Assembly (NCBI GenBank): GCA_002269645.1
Contig: NIVC01004495.1
Span: forward strand, 1 to 44,139
Reading direction: 5' to 3'
Source: Macrostomum lignano
Taxonomy: Eukaryota
DNA length: 44,139 nt
Shown here: in pieces, positions 36,178 to 44,139 of the stretch
Position numbering within the stretch: position 1 is the stretch's first letter
Layout: the number at the start of each line of letters is the position of its first letter
Position numbers and translations under genes: made by a program
Notes under the pieces: model-generated
What the model saw: the letters and a program-made list of their open reading frames with translations, nothing else
Told to the model about the DNA's origin: nothing
The model's database searches: none

Positions 36178-36311
36178 AACTGAGTCACTTGCTCCAATGT
36201 CAGCAACTGAGTCACTTGCTCCAATGTCAGCAACTGAGTCACTTGCTCCAATGTCAGCAACTGAGTCACTTGCTCCAATGTCAGCAACTGAGTCACTTGC
36301 TCCAATGTCAG
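36178..36311. repeat. 27-bp minisatellite (aactgagtcacttgctccaatgtcagc), ~5 copies, just downstream of the IR-D stop
   Basis: Direct tandem repeat. Confidence 0.93.
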
Positions 36312-36354
36312 ACAGCTGCAAAAGTCTTCAAGACAACAAGTACCATGGTCGAGT

Positions 36355-39300
36355 TTAAAAACCCGGAAAATCCAGCGGCTCGTTCCTTAGTTTGAACACC
36401 CAGAAAAGCTCCACGAGCAGGATGACGCCGCCGCACACGTAGAATGCTAGACTGACGATGTAGGCACCGCCAACGCCCTCCAGGGGGATGGCCGCAGCCT
36501 CAGCAGCCGCGCTGACGGCGGAGCCGCACTCGGCAGTCTGGGGATGTACTTGCCAGTGATCATGCTCATGACGCCGTTCGCTTTGCTTCTCTGAATCCTA
36601 AAAGAAAAAAAAACTGCTCCATTCAGAACTGTTTGAGAGTAAAAACATTTCAAAAATTCTCTTCCTAAAATTCCATCCATCATGCATTCGCTGACAACCT
36701 GAGACTAAACTACAGAACTTCTGAGCTCCAAGCCGTCAGCCATTCAGGCCAACTCACAGGAAGTCAACCGCGGGCAGGTAGTAAGCGTCCTGAGGGAAGG
36801 CCATGGCCATAAAGTACGGGTTGAAGTAGTTGTCGGCGTTGTAGATGTCTTCGCACAGCTCGTTGGCGTAGTGCAGACTAACAATCAGATCCGAAATGCA
36901 CACCAGGTATGGGTCCTTGATGGTCACCAGCTGCGCGATTCGAGGAATACGAAGACTATTTTTAAAATTGGATTCGCATTTTCGCAAGCAAACACTCTTT
37001 GTTCAAATTTGAAAAACGCTACGCTGAATTGACGCATCAAATCCAAAACTACAAGCCAAAGCAATCATCGCTGGACTTACATTCGTAGCGCAGGTGTCGA
37101 AGGAGTCAACTAACTCCCACTGATCCCTAAGCTTGGCAAGCGGCCCCTCTGTGGCGCTCAGCACAGCAGCGTAGATGTTGGTGCCTCTGGGCAGCATGGC
37201 CTTGTAGTGCGGCTTGGAGATGAGATCGTCCAAGCTCTGGATTGGGTACTTGGCCACAGTCACTGCCAGCTTGGCCGTGAGGTCACCTGCAAATGAGAGT
37301 CCCTGTATTGCTGCATGGTTTCATGCATTGCTGACAAGTCACAGACGCACCAAACTTACCAGTGTACGAAGCGAATATGATAACCGTCAACATCCACCAG
37401 AAAGCCATCACCACTCGAGGACTCATGGCAAAGGGATAAAAGTCCTGACCCTGCTGCATGAAGCTGCCAATCGCTGACCAAATGTAATCCTTCAGCCAGA
37501 CCTCGTCAGCAAAGGCGAAGCTGAGTTGAAGGTTCCAGCCAGTGAATGAGCTGCTGCTAGCCAACCCGTAGATGAGAAGCGGCACTACCAAAAACATGCT
37601 CACAATTAGAGTCCAGGAATCCCAGTAGAGCGGCGCAAACACATTCCACAGCTTGGACTCGGCCATGGGTCTTTTCACCAGAATGGTGTTGGAGGAGAAA
37701 ATAAACTCTTCTGAATAGTCAATCACCTGCGACCGGATCAACGTGGTGGCAAAGGGCGTAGCAAAGTCGGCCTCCTGCAATTCGTCCGCGGACCGTTTCC
37801 AGCTTAATGTAGTCTCTATTCAGCATATTTATTTCTCGCAAAAGGAAAAAACAAGGGCACTCACTCCCTTCTGAACCATTCCGATACAGCCTGTGTAGAA
37901 GAGCGAGCCAGGGACTGGAGCCCCAAACTGGTTGTCTGGGGGCGTAAAAATCGTGTAACTGAAAGTAAAAAAGTGTTTCCGATTAAAATAAAAATTTGAG
38001 ATTCAGCTGTTCGACTTAAATAACATCAACATCTCTTAAATCGGCATTACCTAAAATTCAGATGTTTTGAAAAGAAAGCTGCCAGATCAGCAGTGATACC
38101 CGAGGCAACGCCAAAAGTTCCGTTTGAGTACTCAGTTTGTGGTTTCGTCTAAAATGCGAAACAATGCGAAACAAATGCGAAACAAAGAGGACACGACAGT
38201 TGGTTTACTAACAAGAAAAATCAACGAACCGCAACAGAACAAATCCGAATAGTCTTGTTCTTAAAGTCGATAAACGTGTTGGGGAAGATGAGGCTCCGAC
38301 CTCTGTAGCGGAAGCTGACCTCTAAAGAGCCGTTCCCTACAAAGAAACGGCCGCTGTTGACGAACCGGACCGGGTCGGAGAACTCGTCGTGGAACGTCGC
38401 CTGCACCTCCAGAAAGTAGTCGCTGGGTGTCCAGCTGCTCCCAGCTGACAGCGGCTGTCGCAGCTACAAAGGTGAACGGTTTCGACTGAGCAGACTGAGA
38501 CAGACGACATCATCCATGAGCACCTGCTCCGGTACGATCCGTACCTGCTTCAGCTGCGCAGCTAGTGCGGGACCCGCCGACCACGGCTGCAACGGCCGAC
38601 ACGACGCGTTGCTGGCAGGAAGACCGGAACTGTCCAGTAGGCTCTGCGTAGCGCTGGCGAACGACAGCACGGCCTCTACTGCCTTCATCTCCAGCATCTA
38701 CAGTCATGATCAGAGTCTGGGGCTGGTGACAGCGCCTAGAATCTATTGCAGAAGTGTGTAAATAAAGGCTTACCGAGTATTTTCTCATTTGGCAGTCCGG
38801 AAACACGGCCTTGAGCTGTGAGGTGCAACCGGCTGAGGCCGTTTTCAAGTCTATGGGCGACTCTCGGATCACAAGAATGTTTGCAGACTCGTTTGTAGGG
38901 AGCAGGTCCTCGATGGACACAAGTCGAACTCCCGTGTCGATCACTGTCCAGAAGTAGTTGAGTTTCAGTGTGCCCGTGTTCCGAGCCTGTGTTGAGAAAG
39001 GCTCTAATGAATTAACATGCTCTTAGTGAATGCCAGGATAGGTATAAAGTGTGCCAAAAACAATTATGAATTCGCACCTCTCGTAAAACGGCGTTGACAT
39101 TTTCAGGCGTGCACAGAACCAATGTGTTTCGATAACGCTTCCAAACGACGTTTCTCAGTATGCTGGTCAGGTTGCTTGCTGAGTCATCGATTTGGAAAGT
39201 CAGGCTGGGGATGCTTTTATCCGATAGCAGTTGCTGCAGCTTCTCCAGAAGACGGTGATCTGCAATCAGATTAGAGAGCTTGTGAGACTCACACTGCAAA

Positions 39301-40063
39301 GCTGTACGTGCACCTTTGAGACTTACCTTGATACTTATCGTAAAAGACAACGATGGCCTTTTGCTCGAGCCGACTCACGATTGTCGCAGCAGCTTCCAGG
39401 AAAGTTCCGACGTCCGGGTTCGAGATTAGAGTCACGGCTGCAAAATTGTGAGGAATGCAAACTCTTTAACTGACTGTTTCATGGAGCACATGCCATAAAG
39501 ACAGAGTTTAATAAATATAAATACGATTGGTATTGTTGATGAAGCAGAGATCGCGAAAGACAGCGACGGCCGGCACGCTGATTGAGGTGGAGACGGCCAG
39601 AACGTCGGTCACGAAGGCGCAGGAGCCCACGGCGACTACTCCGTGCAGGCCGGGTGTGTTGCACACTGGAATTTTACGGACATGAAAAAATCATTTGTAC
39701 CTAAACCTAAAATTCGGCTACCTTCCGTAAAAATTGGGGTTGAAATGGTTCGCTCCGTGGCTCAAAATTATACTGCATTAACTGGCGATGCAGTGAGTAT
39801 ACCAGCGCACGCGTACCAGCTCGCATAGCCTCGACAGCATCGCTGGCCTGAACAAAGACGTGCGTCATGGGGTTTGTCTTGAATGCCGTCAGCTTCCAGT
39901 AGTTGTTGATGAGCAGGTCGATGGCTCGGCTCACGGCCAAGTCTCCAATGCTGCCGTTCTGAGAGACCACCGCCAGTTTGACGGCTCCTGCGCAGGTGGA
40001 CAGCGCGAGGAGAGCGCAGAGCGGCGCGGCGACAGCTCGGTCAGAAGCTTTAGTATCAGGCAT
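36355..40063 (-). CDS. IR-D: iGluR/IR-like subunit with ATD, 13 exons; apparent 1-bp deletion in exon 13 at ~36540
   Basis: Same exon plan as IR-C. Exon 13 reads YIP|QTAEC only if one base is restored (IR-C ctgtgggatg vs IR-D ctggggatg); it then ends in EPLDFPGF*. Confidence 0.88.
38240..39674. repeat. Partner of block 28517-29951
   Basis: Direct comparison. Confidence 0.93.
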
Positions 40064-41127
40064 CTCACTGGCTAGATTTGTTGTTGTTTCGAGCGTAGAT
40101 TTTTTCGGGCAGATTGGAGAATTCGACGCTACAGTCAGATTTTTATACTGGGGGCCTCTGACGGACTACTCAGGAAAGCTGATGCATTCTAATTATTGGC
40201 CTCGTTATTAGGAAAAGCTCCATTTTCTCATGGCGAGTCCCCTTGTAAACTTGAATATCCAATGCATTGATTCGCGTTAATTAAGAGCTTTGGCGAAGAT
40301 GCTTTGCCTTGGAGGACAGACTGCATTTTTCAAGAAATTCTTCTTTGGTTTGCGTTACCAGCCCTTGGCAGTCTTGTTGTGTCGCGAATAGCTTGTTTTT
40401 ACATGGTGTCGCATTTTTGATGGTTATGCAAGATGATCCGAAGGGGCTCTTTACGTCGTTTTCGATGGGGTCATGGTCGATTTATCAATAGGATTGACCA
40501 TTTCTGTTCTTTTTAAAGTAATCTGCAAATTAATGGCGTTGCCATGTTCGATTCCATGTTCAGCTCACGTTGCACATGAGCAGCTTTGGCAGAGTAGCAA
40601 ACACGGCTGTTTCACAGTGAGCCACAGCCGCTTTCAGATGGGCAAAGGACACAAAAAGACATCTTGGCCCATAGTGAATATTTCTGTAATAGTAATTAGC
40701 TTTCTTAATACCTGCTTTTAGTTACGCTGCAAAAATTGAAATCATCTTCTTCACAACACTTTTGATTCATCCTTTTAAAGAGGAAGTTTTTGAGAAGTTG
40801 AGGCACTGCTTCGTTCATATACTAAGCTCGTCACTAGTGGTATAAAGCGAATATTCTTGAGCTGCTTGGTGTTGAGACAGCTGACTCACCATTTCATTAA
40901 CGGAAATGTATTTCGTTTTATGTCAAAATCTACATCTGAGGACTCAATATTGATAGCAAGAATATAGAAAATCTCTGATAATTTACGGCATCCAATTAAC
41001 TGCAGACTGTTCAATTAATCAGGGATCCAAGAATCGATATTGGCAGTTCAAGCGCGAATGCTCTGTTATATTCAGAGTCACCTAAAAACCCGACAGATGG
41101 ATGGATCGATATTTTTAAAAAAAATTT

Positions 41128-41132
<5 letters not shown>

Positions 41133-41158
<26 letters not shown>
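41133..41158. repeat. (GA)n microsatellite
   Basis: About 13 GA units. Confidence 0.95.
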
Positions 41159-41163
<5 letters not shown>

Positions 41164-41434
41164 CTATCGAGCCGGTGTGACGCAGTCAGAAAACATTACT
41201 CTATGCCGTGGGGTTACCTTAGAGTTGAATCCAAATTAAATGACTTTTTTTGCTCCCTATATCTGTGGTACGAGCGTACGTGTGGGAATAAAGTGCTTGT
41301 CTTGTAGCGCATCAGACTCACTCTACCGTAGACGTGAGCTCAGGTGCGAATTAATAGGTGCATTTGTAGACTTCACTGCAAGTCTAATATCAGAGCAGAC
41401 CACAAATGAAAAGTATTCGGAGATCTGAGCAGTC

Positions 41435-44115
41435 TCAAAATCCTGGAAAATCCAGCGTTTCCTTCTTCATGAGGATCACCCAGAGCAGCTCCACCAGCAG
41501 GATGAGGAAGCCGCACACGTACAGCCCCAAGCTGAGGATGTAGGCGCCTCCCACGCCCTCCAGCGGGATGGCCGCCGCCTCGGCAGCCGCTGTGGCGCCC
41601 GTGCCGCAGTCTGAGGTCAGTGGAATGTACTTGCTGTTGATCAGGTCGACCACGCCCGCAGCTTTGCCACGCTGAATGCTGCAATTGGCAGGCAAATGCT
41701 GCCTTTACGCTTTCGTACCCAGAATAATAAGTATGAGTTATTATAAAAAGATAAGATAATATTAATAAAGAGTTATTAAAAAGTCTGTATGATTATTGAA
41801 TCAAAAGTTTCTTAGTTTCATTAGCGAAATTTTAATTTGCCTTTAATTGGTATTTAGGGCTAAACTAAAATATAACGGTGAAATATAACGATGACACCTG
41901 GCTTTATTTCCCAGAGATCTAATTGTTTTGCTAATTTTTTACGTTTTCTTAATGACGTTCTTTCGTCTTAACGTCGTAACATTGTAGCTCGTAGGCCAAA
42001 AATTATACGCATAGATTTACGAAAAGAACCTAAAATAACAATAAGAAGTTTTCGAATTTAAATATAGTACCATTAGTCACTTAAAGACAATACCAAATAT
42101 TAACTAGAAGTATTCGATTCAAGCAGAAAAAATTTCTAGCTGTTAATACATGCAAATGCATCCCACGTGTTACTGCAACATCTAAGTTTAGTCAGTTTTA
42201 ATAGTTTAGTTTTTGGATAATAACTTACAGCTGCTTTTCATAAAATTTTTGAAATTTGAATAAAGTTAAATTTGTTTTACTGATGTGCGTGAACCACAAA
42301 TTATAAGTACAAGCTACTTGAAAGCACCATTTGCCAATCCAAGAGTTCATTTTGCCTTTCGTTTCAGATTTTCGTTTTGAGACTAATATAAACGCATTAA
42401 AGAGCATCGCAAAGCGTCAGAATGAAGTTTTACTTACAAAAAGTTGAATGCATCGATATAATATGAGTCCTTTGGAAAGGCGATTGCAATGTAGTACGGA
42501 TTGAAGTAGTTGTAAACATTGTACACGTACTGGCAGTACCGGCTGGCGTACAGAAGGTTCACGTTCACGTCAGAGATGCACACCAGGTAAGGATCCGTGC
42601 TGGTAATCAGCTGAAAGAATTGAAAGCAGTTTGATTGCAGCTTAAGCTTGTGTAATGAACTGTGGTTTGGTGCAAATGCGCTTGTACAGCTGGCGCTAGT
42701 AGCTCACACTCATGGCGCAGGTGTCAAAGGACTGCGTCAGCACTTTCATCTGCCGCAGCTTGACCAGCGGTCCCTCTGTGGCGGCCATCATCGAAGAGTA
42801 GATGTTGGTCCCGAGCGGCACCATGGCCTTGTACTGCGGCAGGGACACCAGCTGTTCCAGGCTTTCGATTGGGTACTTGGAAACCGTCACGGCCAGTTTT
42901 GAGGTCAAATCGCCTTCATCGGGACGGATATAGGAGTTTATAGCGGCATTAAAAAACAAACTGTGCTCATGTTTCTATACGAGCTACAAAGCGTTTGCCT
43001 CAAAAAGGCTTTTCGAACACTTACTGTAGGCAGCGCCTACTATCGTGTGTGTTGGGGCGGTTGTTAGCGGCTGCGCCGCGTGATTCTGCTAGCTCTCCCC
43101 TATGCGTACAATATCAAATGTGCATGGTGCGACTTTAGCTTGACTCAGCTCAATTACTCAATAAATATACTGATCGCAATTCTTCTCGCCTGCAAGCTTT
43201 CGGCAACTATCGACGACAACGACAACAACAACAACAAAAACAAACTACAGCAACCCTGTAGTTCGCGAAAATGCGCACGCAAGCGCAGATTTGCGCAGAA
43301 TAACGAGTCCTATACAACAAGCAGTCTAGTCTCGTTTCACTCACTACACTTACCTGTATAGGTGCCAAAAATGATCACAGTGAGCATCCACCAGAACGCC
43401 AAAACAGTCCGGGGGCTCATGGCGAATGGATAGAAATCCTGGCCCTGCTGCATGAAGCTGCCTATGGCGGACCAGATGTACTCCTTCAGCCAGACCTCGT
43501 CCGCAAACGCGAATCGCAGACCAAGGTTCCAGGCGGAGAACGGGCTGAGCCTGGCAAACAGAAAGATGACACCCGGCACCAACAGGAGCATGCAGACTAT
43601 CAGCAGCCACGTGTCCAGGCAAGCGGCGTAAACACATTCCACAGCTTGGACTCGGAATTCGGCCGCTTGACCAAGATGGCATTCGATGAGAACATGTACT
43701 CCTGAGAGTAGTCGATCACCTTGGATCGAAATGTGTTAATAGCCATGGGAATGGTGATGTCTGCTTCCTGCAAATCAGAGCAAAGCAGGGGTACCCTCTT
43801 CGAAGCCAGTATTTTTTCAAAACATTCTGATTAAAAAGTGAATATTTCTTACGCCTCTTTGAATCATGCCAATGCAGCCCGTGTAATAGACCGAGGCCGG
43901 GTCTGGCGCTCCGAACTGATTGTCCGCAGGAGCGAACAGCGAGTAGCTGCGAGGGTGTGGACAGGAAATTCTTGGGAACTTACTATTTCAGCCCATTTGT
44001 GTATTTCAGGTAACTTACGAATAGTTCAGATGCAGTGAGAGAAAGTGAATGATGTCGGTGGAAATTGCACCAGGAATGCCAACCGTTCCGTTTGAGTACT
44101 GCATGTACGGCCGCG
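41435..44115 (-). CDS. IR-E: 3' part (exons 8-13) of a fifth iGluR/IR-like gene; ATD exons lie beyond the window; apparent 1-bp deletion at ~43615
   Basis: SRPYMQYSNGTVG..HLNYS, YSLFAPADNQFGAP..GCIGMIQRG, EADITIPMAINTFRSKVIDYS, SFMQQG, TYTGDLTSKLAV, LVCISD, LEGVGGAYI, ETLDFPGF*. PLAW|DTW needs one extra G. Confidence 0.88.
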
Positions 44116-44139
44116 ACTAAAGTTGAAATGTGAATGCTA

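Noticed and set aside
40300-40640. Possible second LINE RT relic (LQITLKRTEMV)
   Set aside because: The similarity rests on one short motif; too weak to call.

Overview
This is eukaryotic (animal) genomic DNA: the genes have GT-AG introns and there are no operons or CRISPR arrays. Strong GC3 codon bias in the claudin gene, short introns and dense minisatellites suggest a free-living flatworm such as Macrostomum (an unverified inference). The window is dominated by a minus-strand tandem array of five ionotropic glutamate receptor / Ionotropic-Receptor-like genes (called IR-A to IR-E here; IR-E runs off the window end). They share one 13-exon plan: signal peptide, amino-terminal domain (ATD, exons 1-7), then ligand-binding domain (LBD) and channel (exons 8-13). 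The main signal is that in two separate gene pairs (A/B and C/D) the ATD half, introns included, is nearly identical. The LBD/channel half is much more diverged, and the switch falls at the exon 7/intron 7 junction. This suggests domain-restricted concerted evolution: a constant ATD with a variable LBD. All paralogs also carry a non-canonical gate motif (YTGDLT[A/S]KL) and an invariant C-terminus (LD[F/M]PG[F/Y]*). Also present: a claudin-family gene; a secreted fibrinogen-domain protein with two ~214-aa repeats of a domain I do not recognise; a Crypton-like tyrosine recombinase element; three tRNA-derived SINEs; a MITE with a 9-bp target-site duplication (TSD); decayed Gypsy, DIRS/Ngaro and RTE fragments; and several unrelated minisatellites. 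All alignments, identities and exon calls were made by eye, without tools.
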